Assembly (NCBI GenBank): GCA_964592105.1
Contig: CAZQBL010000017.1
Coordinates: forward strand, 1-61,066
DNA: 61,066 nucleotides
Source of the DNA: an uncultured Gammaproteobacteria bacterium
GTDB lineage: Bacteria > Patescibacteriota > Patescibacteriia > UBA10025 > JAHIVO01
Direction of reading: 5' to 3'
The notes under the pieces are model-generated. The model was not told the origin of the DNA. It did no database searches and saw nothing but the letters and a program-made list of their open reading frames with translations. The position numbers were made by a program, and so were the translations under genes. Shown here piece by piece: positions 30,093 through 39,110 of this stretch. The first letter of the stretch is position 1, and every line of letters begins with the position of its first letter.

Positions 30093-30304
30093 GTCATTGT
30101 GAGCTCAAGTGAAGCAATCTCTAAACTTTCATTTTTTTGTTACATTTTTGTTTCACCGCTTTTCTTGGTGGCAAGAAAAGCGGTGAGAAAATAATCGCCC
30201 CCATCTTTCTTTGTCATTCTAAGGAGTGCAGCGACGTGAGAATCTCATTACTCTTGGTAAGGGGATTGCCACGTCGCTCACATGCGTTCGTCCCTTGCAA
30301 TGAC
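30093..30304. repeat. cluster of REP-like palindromes
   Basis: GTCATTGTGAG..GAAGCAATCT half-unit; 14-bp perfect stem 30153-30186; GTCATT..GCGACGTG.GAATCTC..GATTGCCACGTCGC..GCAATGAC full unit 30213-30304. Confidence 0.7.
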
Positions 30305-30474
30305 AGGAGGGGCTTTATTAATAAAAAAACTGCCCCGAATGGTCGCGCACAGGTGACAGATAACGAGGTAAAATCTTTTTCATCTTTCATGCGGAGTGGT
30401 TCTTGAGAAGAAACTTTCAGTGTAATCTGAATGTCGGCAGCATTTTTGTAACTTGCTGTCGAGCCTCGGGTTGT

Positions 30475-30784
30475 TCACAGGCCCGGTTCCTGCAATTCAT
30501 TCTTCAGATCAGATGCGGAAGCGTTGAACAATTGAAGGATTCTCTTGAGAGTTGTTGGCCGCGCGATTGTCGAGCCGAGTAGATTTATAGTCCTCCGACA
30601 CCGTTCGTCCTGACAGTCAACTGAAAATAGTATGTACGCTCTGTTACCGGACAGGATGAACAACCGAGCGACACCGGAGGCGACTTCCCAGTCGTGCATC
30701 TCTGTGGAGTAACTCTGGGAGTCCGAGGGCAGCACCATATTCGGACACGCCAGCCTTCAGAGTGGGCCATTTTCGTTTGGCCAT
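30475..30784 (-). pseudogene. possible frameshifted hypothetical gene
   Basis: SD AAGGAGGA and ATG 30784 give a 46-aa ORF (stop 30644) overlapping an 87-aa ORF (30475-30738) in the +1 frame. Confidence 0.35.
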
Positions 30785-30851
30785 CAAATCCTCCTTTTTA
30801 TTTTCAGTAGATACTTATCAGTAGGTAATAGAGTATGATATCATACATTAT

Positions 30852-31700
30852 ATGAACAGCCAAGCCAAATTAATTAATGGCACAAAAATCGCCCAGGCGA
30901 TCAGGCAGGAATTAAAAGCGAAAGTCGCCCGATTAGCTGACAAGCCCGGGCTAGCTATTATTTTAGTCGGCAATGATGCGGGGTCGCACACATACGTAAA
31001 TCTTAAAGAAAAAGCCGCGGAAGAAGCGGGCATTCATTTTGAAAAAGACTATTATCCAGCGACAGTTAGTCAGGACATCATTTTGAAAAAAATAGCCGAA
31101 TTAAATAGCCGAAAAGATATTCACGGAATTTTGGTGCAGTTCCCCCTGCCTAAAGGTTTTGACGAAAACAAAATCGTAGCCGCCATTGATCCCGTCAAAG
31201 ACGTAGATGGTTTTCATCCGGATAATGTGCGATTACTGTTGGATAAAAAACCGCGTCTGATCCCCGGTTTGGCTTTGGGTATTATGCGTCTGATTGTTAG
31301 TACTGGCATAAATTTGTCGGGCCGGCAGGCAGCAATCCTGGCCAAGAGTGAAGTTTTTGCCAATCCTCTTAAACAATTGCTGGAGCAGAAAGGAGTCAGG
31401 GCGGTTTTTGTGACTCCGAGTTCAACAGATTTTATTGAGCGTTTAACACAGGCTGACGTCGTGGTGGTGGCAATCGGCCAGCCGCGTTTTTTAAAAGATA
31501 ATATGATTAAAGAAGGCGTAGTGGTCGTTGACGTCGGATATAACCGAGTGAACGATAAAGCTGTCGGAGACGTTGATTTTGAATCGGTCAGTCAGAAAGC
31601 GGGTTGGATTACGCCTGTGCCTGGCGGAGTGGGACCGATGACCGTGGCTATGCTTTTATCCAATGTTTTATTGGCTTATGATCTTCAAAAAGAGTCTTGA
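30852..31700 (+). CDS. folD: bifunctional methylenetetrahydrofolate dehydrogenase/cyclohydrolase
   Basis: YVNLK.KA, HGILVQFPLP, KDVDGFHP, VVDVG, TPVPGGVGPMTVAML. Confidence 0.97.
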   Translation: MNSQAKLINGTKIAQAIRQELKAKVARLADKPGLAIILVGNDAGSHTYVNLKEKAAEEAGIHFEKDYYPATVSQDIILKKIAELNSRKDIHGILVQFPLPKGFDENKIVAAIDPVKDVDGFHPDNVRLLLDKKPRLIPGLALGIMRLIVSTGINLSGRQAAILAKSEVFANPLKQLLEQKGVRAVFVTPSSTDFIERLTQADVVVVAIGQPRFLKDNMIKEGVVVVDVGYNRVNDKAVGDVDFESVSQKAGWITPVPGGVGPMTVAMLLSNVLLAYDLQKES

Positions 31701-32211
31701 TTTTTTTAAATTCTGCCCGGTCTGTGGGGCACGATTAGATTTAGTGAAGAGGCGCGACCGGCCGGTATTGAAGTGCCCGGCTTGTGGTTTTATTTTTTTT
31801 CAGAATTCTAAACCCACCGCTACAGCCTTTATTACTAATTCAAAAAGCCAGCTGTTGCTGGTTAAACGGGCCATTCAGCCAAAAAAGAATTGGTGGGATA
31901 TGCCCGGAGGATTTTTAGAGGAGGGCGAGGATCCATTGTCGGGTGTAAAGAGAGAGATAAAAGAAGAGCTCGGTCTGAGGCTTAAACAGATTCGATTGTT
32001 GGGTATTTATATTGATTCATATGCTCATGGTTATAAAATGTACACTTTAAATATCATCTATACCGCACGAATCGCGGTCGGGACCATAAAAGCCATGGAT
32101 GATGTCGGTTCAGCGCAGTGGTTTGATAAAAATAAAATTCCCTGGTCGCGTCTGGCTTTTCCAGGGTGGATGAGGCCGGCAATGCTTGATTGGCTGAAAT
32201 TCCATAAATAA
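31678..32211 (+). CDS. NUDIX hydrolase with N-terminal zinc ribbon
   Basis: CPVCG..CPACG; Nudix box GGFLEEGEDPLSGVKREIKEELG. Confidence 0.9.
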   Translation: MIFKKSLDFFKFCPVCGARLDLVKRRDRPVLKCPACGFIFFQNSKPTATAFITNSKSQLLLVKRAIQPKKNWWDMPGGFLEEGEDPLSGVKREIKEELGLRLKQIRLLGIYIDSYAHGYKMYTLNIIYTARIAVGTIKAMDDVGSAQWFDKNKIPWSRLAFPGWMRPAMLDWLKFHK

Positions 32212-32218
32212 ATTCAAA

Positions 32219-32253
32219 TAAAAAACCCGGGGTCCTTGGTTCCCGGGTTTTTT
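32219..32253. terminator. bidirectional intrinsic terminator
   Basis: AAAAAACCCGGG/CCCGGGTTTTTT between convergent genes. Confidence 0.8.
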
Positions 32254-32279
32254 ATTCGTTATTTTAGATTTTTGTGTTG

Positions 32280-33047
32280 CTATTGGGTAAGTTTGGCTCC
32301 GCCGGCTTTACGAGGATTGTAGCCGTTTTCTACCTCCTGGCCATCATTATAACTATCACCGTCGGTGTCGGGGTTTGTTTTATCAGTGCCGTACAGCTCT
32401 TCCTGAACATCGGTTAGACCATCGCCGTCGGTATCTAGAGTAGAAGCGTTGACGTTATTGTTGGAGTTAAGGTTAGCTGCCGTATTTTTATTGGAATTTG
32501 TGTTGTTGGTATTAGTATTAGCAGCGGCATTCACATTAGCATTAGTATTGGCGTTGTTGGTATTTTGATTAAAAATACTGTTTAGGTTCCTATTGAGGTT
32601 ATTGATATTGGTGTTAGTTGTGTTAGTATTGCCATTAGTTGTCGCATTAGTATTAGCAGCGGCATTCACATTAGCATTAGTATTGGCGTTGTTGGTATTT
32701 TGGATATAATTCAGGACCATAATAGCGCCGATAATCAGCAAAGCAATGATAGCGATTATGAGTATACCGATGATGACAATTCTTTTTTTGCCGCTTCGAG
32801 GGGGTTCTGGCGCAACCGGTCCGCCAGCTACGTTGATGTTGCGGGGAAAATTAACGGGTGGTTGTCCAGGCGCACTGCCTATGTCAGGCGTAGTGTTAAT
32901 CGGCGGCGGAATGGGACCGGCGCTTCTTGTGGGAGCGGTCGGGGCGCTTTGTCCTTGGTCCGGCTGAACTGGCCGCCAAGGCCCCCAGTCTTTTGGCTGA
33001 CTTTGTGGTTGATTTGGCTGAGTCGGGCGTTGCACGTTCTCAAACAT
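32280..33047 (-). CDS. single-pass surface protein: Pro-rich cytoplasmic N-terminus, TM, Asn/Thr/Ala low-complexity stalk, C-terminal Ca-binding DxDxDG repeats
   Basis: Translation; DTDGDGLTD..E..YGTD..NPDTDGDSY.DG.EV..GYNP. Confidence 0.85.
   Translation of the reverse strand: MFENVQRPTQPNQPQSQPKDWGPWRPVQPDQGQSAPTAPTRSAGPIPPPINTTPDIGSAPGQPPVNFPRNINVAGGPVAPEPPRSGKKRIVIIGILIIAIIALLIIGAIMVLNYIQNTNNANTNANVNAAANTNATTNGNTNTTNTNINNLNRNLNSIFNQNTNNANTNANVNAAANTNTNNTNSNKNTAANLNSNNNVNASTLDTDGDGLTDVQEELYGTDKTNPDTDGDSYNDGQEVENGYNPRKAGGAKLTQ
32511..32702. repeat. 57-bp exact direct repeat inside the Asn-rich stalk (32511-32567 and 32646-32702)
   Basis: ATTAGTATTAGCAGCGGCATTCACATTAGCATTAGTATTGGCGTTGTTGGTATTTTG occurs twice. 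Confidence 0.85.
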
Positions 33048-33087
33048 AGTATTTAACTTAATGATTGTTTATATTATTATACCATAT

Positions 33088-33813
33088 TTAGTTCGAGGTG
33101 CCCAAGAGGGCTAGGGTACAGGCGGCCACGGCCGCTGTTTCTGCTCGCAAAATCCGGTTGCCCAAGCTGACAATAATCACACTGTTTTTTTTAGCTGATC
33201 TGACTTCGTTTTCTGAAAATCCTCCTTCAGGGCCGATAAAAATGTGATACACATCAGTTGATTTGTTTAAGGTTTGAGCCAGAGGATTCGACCGGCTGTT
33301 TTCCCAAGCTAGGAGTTTTTGCCCGGGAGTGTTTTTGATTTGTTGCAAAGCTTCGGAAAACGATGCGGTTGGCAATAATTCGGCCGGCCGCAGTCCGCCG
33401 CACTGCTCCAGGCTTTCCGTGATGATTTTATGGTAGCGCTTTAGTTTGTTTTTTGATATTTCCCTGACTACGCAATTGTCGCTGATGATCGGCACGAAGG
33501 CAGACACTCCCAGCTCCATGCCTTTTTGCAAAATCCACTCAAATTTGTCGCTTTTGAGAAGTGATTGGTAGAGGATTACTTTTTTATGTGGTTCTCGGGA
33601 CGAAGTGCGGATTTCTAATATTGTTGTTTTGGCGGTTTCTTTTGTTATTTCTTTTAATATCACCTCATACTCGTATTGATTTGAGAAGACAATAAAGACG
33701 TCGTTTTTCTTCAGGCGAAGAGCGTCGGTAAGCTGATGGATTATTTCACGGTCAGTAATGGAAATGGTTCCTCCAGTCGGGATTATTTGGGATAAATAAA
33801 AACGGGGAAGCAT
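33088..33813 (-). CDS. rsmE: 16S rRNA m3U1498 methyltransferase
   Basis: KSDKFEWILQKGMELGV, EQCG, IFIGPEGGFS, LGNRILRAETA. Confidence 0.96.
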   Translation of the reverse strand: MLPRFYLSQIIPTGGTISITDREIIHQLTDALRLKKNDVFIVFSNQYEYEVILKEITKETAKTTILEIRTSSREPHKKVILYQSLLKSDKFEWILQKGMELGVSAFVPIISDNCVVREISKNKLKRYHKIITESLEQCGGLRPAELLPTASFSEALQQIKNTPGQKLLAWENSRSNPLAQTLNKSTDVYHIFIGPEGGFSENEVRSAKKNSVIIVSLGNRILRAETAAVAACTLALLGTSN

Positions 33814-34025
33814 GGGGTTATTATAGCACAGAGTATGTTTTTAGTTGTTGGTTGTTAGAAATTAGTTAGGAAGTAAGAGGTTAGTAATTAGATAAATGTC
33901 AAATTCCCAATTACTAATTTCTAATTAATGACCAATTTTTCAATGACTCATTAAGTTGATGCGATTCTGTAACATTTAATCTCTAGGGTTTCATTTTGTT
34001 GGCAAAATTGTTACAATAATGCCAT

Positions 34026-35066
34026 ATGAAAATCGGCATTGTGGGACTGCCCAACGTCGGCAAGTCCACTTTATTTAAAGCCATCACCAAAAAACAGGTA
34101 GATATTTCCAACTATCCGTTTTGTACTATTGAACCAAATGTGGGCGTTGTCGCGGTCCCTGATGATCGGCTACAGAAGTTGGCAGACGTAGCTCATTCGG
34201 CAAAAATAATTCCCGTGCCGGTGACCTTTGTGGATATTGCCGGTCTGGTTAAGGACGCGCACAAAGGTGAGGGATTGGGCAATCAGTTTCTGGCCAACAT
34301 CCGCGAAGTGGACGCCATTGTTCATATTGTCCGGGCTTTTACTAATAAAGATATAATGCATGTTCATAATTCGGTTGATCCGCAACGAGATTATGAAATT
34401 ATTACCACCGAATTAGCCTTAGCCGATTATCAAACCGTGTTAAAGCGATTAGAAGGACTGGAAGGCAAAGCGCGCTCCGGCGACAAGGCCAGTCAGCGGC
34501 TGTTGGCGTTTTTGAAAAAATTGGAAATGGAATTAGGCAAAGGTATTCCTGTCCGAAAGATTGTCTTAAACAAGGAAGAATTAGAATTGATGAAAGAATT
34601 GCAGCTGTTAACCGCCAAGCCTGAATTAGTTGTCTGGAATGTTGACGAAAAAAATATGCATAATACTCCTAAGGACATTTTACCAATTGCTGCGGCCATT
34701 GAGGCGGATTTAGCCGACATGTCGGATGAGGATGCTAAACAGTTTTTGACTGAACTTGGGTGGGCAGAGCCAGGCTTGAATCGGTTGATTAAAGCATCAT
34801 TCAAATTATTGGACCTCATTGCATTTTTTACTTCAGGAGAGAAAGAAACGCACGCTTGGGCAATTTCAAGGGGCTCAACTGCACCGCAAGCCGCTGGTAA
34901 GATTCACACTGATTTCGAGAAAAATTTCATCCGGGCGGAAATTATCAGTTGGAAAGATTTTATCGAGGCCGGCGGCGAACAAAACGCTAAGACTCGCGGA
35001 TTAATGCATCTGGAAGGCAAGGATTATATCGTCCAGGATGGGGACGTTGTCTACTTTCGTATTTGA
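34026..35066 (+). CDS. ychF: redox-regulated ATPase YchF (Obg family)
   Basis: GIVGLPNVGKSTLF, YPFCTIEPN, DIAGLV, AGKIHTDF, EGKDY.VQDGDV. Confidence 0.98.
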   Translation: MKIGIVGLPNVGKSTLFKAITKKQVDISNYPFCTIEPNVGVVAVPDDRLQKLADVAHSAKIIPVPVTFVDIAGLVKDAHKGEGLGNQFLANIREVDAIVHIVRAFTNKDIMHVHNSVDPQRDYEIITTELALADYQTVLKRLEGLEGKARSGDKASQRLLAFLKKLEMELGKGIPVRKIVLNKEELELMKELQLLTAKPELVVWNVDEKNMHNTPKDILPIAAAIEADLADMSDEDAKQFLTELGWAEPGLNRLIKASFKLLDLIAFFTSGEKETHAWAISRGSTAPQAAGKIHTDFEKNFIRAEIISWKDFIEAGGEQNAKTRGLMHLEGKDYIVQDGDVVYFRI

Positions 35067-35141
35067 TTGTGGATAAGTAATGATTTATAATTATTGTCAG
35101 AGCGCTTCTTTCACACATAAAACTTTTTAGAGGAGGTATTT

Positions 35142-35315
35142 TTGGCTAAAGAAGAGGGAAACAGAACCTCAAAAAAGTTCAAAAATAAACGAGTGGTGCT
35201 ACTTACCAATGTGAAAAACTCTGTTTTGAAAATGGTTAACGGTAAGCAAGGAGGTAGTAGCAGTGGTCACTTTCTTGGTTATAATTCTTTTAAATCAGTT
35301 GTAGAAAGGAGGTGA
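35142..35315 (+). CDS. candidate 57-aa basic small ORF ending in ...VERR*
   Basis: GAGGAGG SD 5 nt before TTG 35142; open to TGA 35313-35315; below the ORF-track cutoff. Confidence 0.35.
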   Translation: MAKEEGNRTSKKFKNKRVVLLTNVKNSVLKMVNGKQGGSSSGHFLGYNSFKSVVERR

Positions 35316-35402
35316 TCAGATATCTCCTTGGGGCTTGGGTCAAAGCCCAAAATTCATACTCCAAGGTTCTGAAAGGAGGCGATTAAGTTCAGTTGATAAT
35401 AT

Positions 35403-35430
35403 TAAAGCCGGTATTTGATTACCGGCTTTT
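35403..35430. terminator. bidirectional terminator
   Basis: AAAGCCGGTA/TACCGGCTTT stem at the convergence of the ychF unit and the methylase gene. Confidence 0.7.
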
Positions 35431-36663
35431 ATATTGAAAAACGAAAATTTCTCTTTCAACTTTTTGATCCGGACGGGAATAAATAAGCGAGCCGCGGGCG
35501 GTGGGTCCGATTTTAGCGAATAAGGAAATATTTTCCGGGAAAGGATTAATCCGGCTAAACCCCATTTTTTCCAGCCGTTCCAGAATTTTTAGCGCAAAAA
35601 TGCCATGGACAGTTTTAAATAGAGGAAAAACAAAAACCAGACGTCCGCCAGGCTTGATGATGCGCGCCAGCGTCTTGAAGGCAGCCAGATACAGTGTTTC
35701 CAGTTCCTGAACCAGACTAAGCATGTTGATAATACTGATATTTTTGCTAATGGTTGGCCCAAGAAATGGTTCGGTAACGACCAGATCGACAGATTGTTTT
35801 TCAAGCAAGGTATCCAGACTGCTGACATCAGCCGTGAAGACACGAGTTGGATTTTTGCTTATTTGTCTGTTTTTTTGAAGCCAATTCAGATTGGCGATAG
35901 TGTCTGCCACGGCTTTCTGACTGATATCGCTGCCAATGACGGTGTCAATATTCATCAGAAGCGCTTCCTGTAAAATTGTACCTGAGCCGCAAAAGGGGTC
36001 TAGTATAGTCAGGCCGGGTTTGGCTCCGCCCAGATTCAACATTATTTTTGCCAGTTTAGGCGGCAACATACCGGAACGGCTGTCACGCCTGGGTCGGCCG
36101 TAGTCCCGGCCGGAATAATCCTCGAAATCCTGGACAGCCACTGTCAGTCCCAGGTAAATGTCGGACAGTCCGCAGACCACAAGTATTTCCGCACCCTGGG
36201 TCAGTAGTTTGTTTTTTATCACTTGGACGCTGGACAACGCGTCGTCTTTGGCTACGATAAAGCGACTTTTTAGCCCGCTGCGTTGCCACTCTTTTTTTAA
36301 ATGCAGTCCTAGGCTGTTGAATTTTTTGCGCTCGTGCCGGACTAAATCGCCGTACAAACTGAAACCAAAAACGATCTTTCCCTCGGATTTTCGGCCAATT
36401 TCATCCTTTAAAGAAGGCGTAGTCAGAGATTGAATGAGCTCGCTCTGGCTTTTGTATGAATTGAATATTTTGCCGATTTTCACGCAGCCACCCAGTGCTT
36501 TCTGCCAGCTCACCGCGTCAATTTCCTGGTCAGTTTTGACAATCAGGGCTTGGCTGGTCAGGTCAATGGTTTTTAAATCAGTGGACACAGTGACCTGACG
36601 ATTGAATATCTCCGCCAGAGATAAAAGGGGTGTTCTGCCTAAAATAAAGCAATATTTAGCCAT
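35419..36663 (-). CDS. Trm11/TrmG10-like RNA amino-methyltransferase
   Basis: GMLPPKLAKIMLNL, ILDPFCGSGTIL.EA, GSDIS, VTEPFLG (N6/N2-MTase motif IV-like); start at ATG 36663. Confidence 0.8.
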   Translation of the reverse strand: MAKYCFILGRTPLLSLAEIFNRQVTVSTDLKTIDLTSQALIVKTDQEIDAVSWQKALGGCVKIGKIFNSYKSQSELIQSLTTPSLKDEIGRKSEGKIVFGFSLYGDLVRHERKKFNSLGLHLKKEWQRSGLKSRFIVAKDDALSSVQVIKNKLLTQGAEILVVCGLSDIYLGLTVAVQDFEDYSGRDYGRPRRDSRSGMLPPKLAKIMLNLGGAKPGLTILDPFCGSGTILQEALLMNIDTVIGSDISQKAVADTIANLNWLQKNRQISKNPTRVFTADVSSLDTLLEKQSVDLVVTEPFLGPTISKNISIINMLSLVQELETLYLAAFKTLARIIKPGGRLVFVFPLFKTVHGIFALKILERLEKMGFSRINPFPENISLFAKIGPTARGSLIYSRPDQKVEREIFVFQYKSR

Positions 36664-36938
36664 GCTCTTATTATATACTAAATGTAAATTTTCAGCTAAA
36701 AGTTGCATTGTTTTTTGGCTTATGATAAAATCTATTCGAATAAATATTTGACCTAAATATAGGCATATTTTTTCCGCTTTCGCCGAATTATTCACTACGA
36801 TGCCAAGGACAATTATTTTTTGCATGATAGAAAGTGGTGGATACCTACCGAAGCAACGGCGAAGGTGGGTTGGGGCGTCGGTGGTTTTCGCTGAGGCATC
36901 AATCAAAAAGAATTACATTTAATTAGAGCTCAATTCGT

Positions 36939-37436
36939 ATGCAGCATTATGAACTATTTTACATCGTTTCAGTAAAACTGACCGGTGATGAGCAAAAAGT
37001 TTTGTTGGACAAGATTTCTGGCTTAGTCAGCGTCATGGGCATGACTGTGACAGCCAATAAAGAGGTCGGCCGCAGGAAGTTGTCTTACCCTATAAAAAAG
37101 GAAATTCAAGGGAATTATTTTTTAATGGAATTTGATGGTGAACAATCGAAGCTCAAAAAATTAGAACGTGAGCTTAGATTAATACCCGATATTTTAAGAT
37201 TTTTGTTACTTAAAAAGCATGTAAAAACACAAGAAGAGATTGAGCGCGAGCAAAAAATTCGTGAAAAGATTGAGGGCAAGAAAAGAGAAGCCGAGCGCAT
37301 TGAGTTGGCCAAAGCCAAAGAAAAGGTGAGCGCGACTAAGAGCGAAACAGTTGAGAAAAAAAACGACGATAACAAAAAAATTAGTTTGGAGGACTTGGAT
37401 AAAAAACTGGATGATATATTGAAAGAAGAAGTCTAA
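36939..37436 (+). CDS. rpsF: 30S ribosomal protein S6 with charged C-terminal extension
   Basis: YELFYI, GRRKLSYPIKK..GNY, ILRFLL; first gene of rpsF-ssb-rpsR. Confidence 0.95.
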   Translation: MQHYELFYIVSVKLTGDEQKVLLDKISGLVSVMGMTVTANKEVGRRKLSYPIKKEIQGNYFLMEFDGEQSKLKKLERELRLIPDILRFLLLKKHVKTQEEIEREQKIREKIEGKKREAERIELAKAKEKVSATKSETVEKKNDDNKKISLEDLDKKLDDILKEEV

Positions 37437-37574
37437 GGTGGTTACTAATTAGTAATCTCTAACTACCCATCAAGCCCCATTGTTCAATGACTGAATGTTT
37501 TAATGAAAAGGTGGATACTGGATATTTATTCGTTAATTATAAATTAATTATTTGTCATTAGGGATTAGAAAGAT

Positions 37575-38006
37575 ATGAATCTTAACAAAGTAATGTTAAT
37601 AGGTAATGTCACCCGTGATCCAGAAGTCAGAACCACGCCCGGCGGTCAGAACGTAGCTTCATTTGGCGTAGCCACCAATCGACGCTGGAAAGATCAGTCG
37701 GGCCAGCAAAAAGATCAGGTCGAGTTTCATAATATTGTTGCCTGGAGAAGGCTGGCGGAAATCGTCGGTCAGTATCTCAAAAAAGGCAGCAAGGTTTATA
37801 TCGAAGGACGTTTACAGACCAGGAGCTGGGATGATAAGAGCGGCGTTAAACGCTATAAAACTGAGATTATTGCGGAGAATATGATTATGTTAGATAAGGC
37901 AGGAGACAGTCCGGTCAGCAGCGCGTCCGAATCCGGCAACGAAGGGGTTCAGCCAGAACCATTATCTCAGGAACCGGAAATAAACGTTGAGGATATACCT
38001 TTTTAA
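37575..38006 (+). CDS. ssb: single-stranded DNA-binding protein
   Basis: [35 protein letters not shown] tail. Confidence 0.98.
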   Translation: MNLNKVMLIGNVTRDPEVRTTPGGQNVASFGVATNRRWKDQSGQQKDQVEFHNIVAWRRLAEIVGQYLKKGSKVYIEGRLQTRSWDDKSGVKRYKTEIIAENMIMLDKAGDSPVSSASESGNEGVQPEPLSQEPEINVEDIPF

Positions 38007-38112
38007 TTTGTAAGCCGTCACGAATTTTATTCACGAATCACGTGAATTTTTATTAAATCATTACTAGTGCAAATTCGCGATTATAGATTAGTAGTAATAA
38101 ATTAAATACACT

Positions 38113-38331
38113 ATGCAAAAAGCCTCCAGCGATAAGAACTGTTATTTCTGTATAAATGGATTGAAGGAAATAGATTATAAAGAAACCCGAGTGCTGCAGA
38201 AGTTTCTGTCGTCTTACGCAAAAATATTGCCTCGCAAAAAAACCGGTATTTGCTCCAAACACCAACGCAAGCTGGCCACGGCCGTCAAACGGGCTCGCTT
38301 TATGGCGCTGATACCTTTTACAACACGATAA
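38113..38331 (+). CDS. rpsR: 30S ribosomal protein S18 (Zn-binding type)
   Basis: CYFC..IDYK..KILPRKKTGICSKHQR.LATAVKRARFMALIP. Confidence 0.97.
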   Translation: MQKASSDKNCYFCINGLKEIDYKETRVLQKFLSSYAKILPRKKTGICSKHQRKLATAVKRARFMALIPFTTR

Positions 38332-38493
38332 GCAATAATTATCGTTTTATGGTGTCGGTGCCTCTGGTCCCTATCGTTTAAAGTTTTAGTTTGCGTTTCC
38401 TTGCTTTGGCGACACTGACCAACGATATCGATACAAGCGGCGACAGCGTAAATACGGAACATCAACGATCATTTCAAAATAACAAATTAATTT

Positions 38494-39063
38494 ATGTTAT
38501 CCATCAATGATTTGAGGGCCGGCGCTTACTTAGTTTATAACGGCGACCCCTATGTTGTGCTTAAGCACAGTTTTATTAAAATGGCCCAGTCCAAAGGCAT
38601 CATGAGGACAACCATGAAGAATTTGAAGACCGGGCGGGTTCTTGAAGAAACTTTCAAAGGCCAGGAAAAATTAGAAGAGGCAGATATTAACCGGAGCAAG
38701 GCCAACTATCTTTACCAGGAGGGAGATCGGTTTTATTTTATGGACGCCGAAACCTATGATCAGTTTTTTGTAACCGGAGAACAATTGGGTAGGCAAAAAA
38801 ACTTTTTAAAAGAAAATTTGCCGGTTGATGTTTTAACTTACAACGGAGTTCCGATCAATATTGAATTGCCCAAAAAGGTCCAGCTAAAAGTAACCATGAC
38901 TGCTCCCGGCGTGCGCGGAGATACTGCTCAAGGTTCGGTTACCAAAAAAGCGACTTTGGAAACTGGCCTGATAGTTAATGTGCCATTATTTATCAAGCAG
39001 GACGAGATAATTGAGATTAATACCGAAACAGGTGAATACGTCGGTAAAGTGGCCTCAAAGTAA
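38494..39063 (+). CDS. efp: translation elongation factor P
   Basis: YFMD.ETYDQ, PGVRGDTA, ATLETG, VPLFI, NTETGEY; loop KMAQ. Confidence 0.96.
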   Translation: MLSINDLRAGAYLVYNGDPYVVLKHSFIKMAQSKGIMRTTMKNLKTGRVLEETFKGQEKLEEADINRSKANYLYQEGDRFYFMDAETYDQFFVTGEQLGRQKNFLKENLPVDVLTYNGVPINIELPKKVQLKVTMTAPGVRGDTAQGSVTKKATLETGLIVNVPLFIKQDEIIEINTETGEYVGKVASK

Positions 39064-39072
39064 TATAAAATA

Positions 39073-39110
39073 AATTAGCTCGCTTTTTGATAGCGAGCGA
39101 GCTTTTTTAT
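39073..39110 (+). terminator. intrinsic terminator after efp
   Basis: GCTCGCT/AGCGAGC stem plus T-run. Confidence 0.6.

Noticed and set aside
30410-30790. GC-richer segment considered as tmRNA or RNase P RNA
   Set aside because: Lacks the GGGGxxG/TTCGA..CCACCA ends and the GAGGAAAGTCC / AGAACCCGGCTTA motifs; reads better as protein-coding
35419-36906. 495-aa version of the methylase starting at 36906
   Set aside because: The 81-aa extension runs through the rpsF promoter region; ATG 36663 has a -10 box and family-like N-terminus
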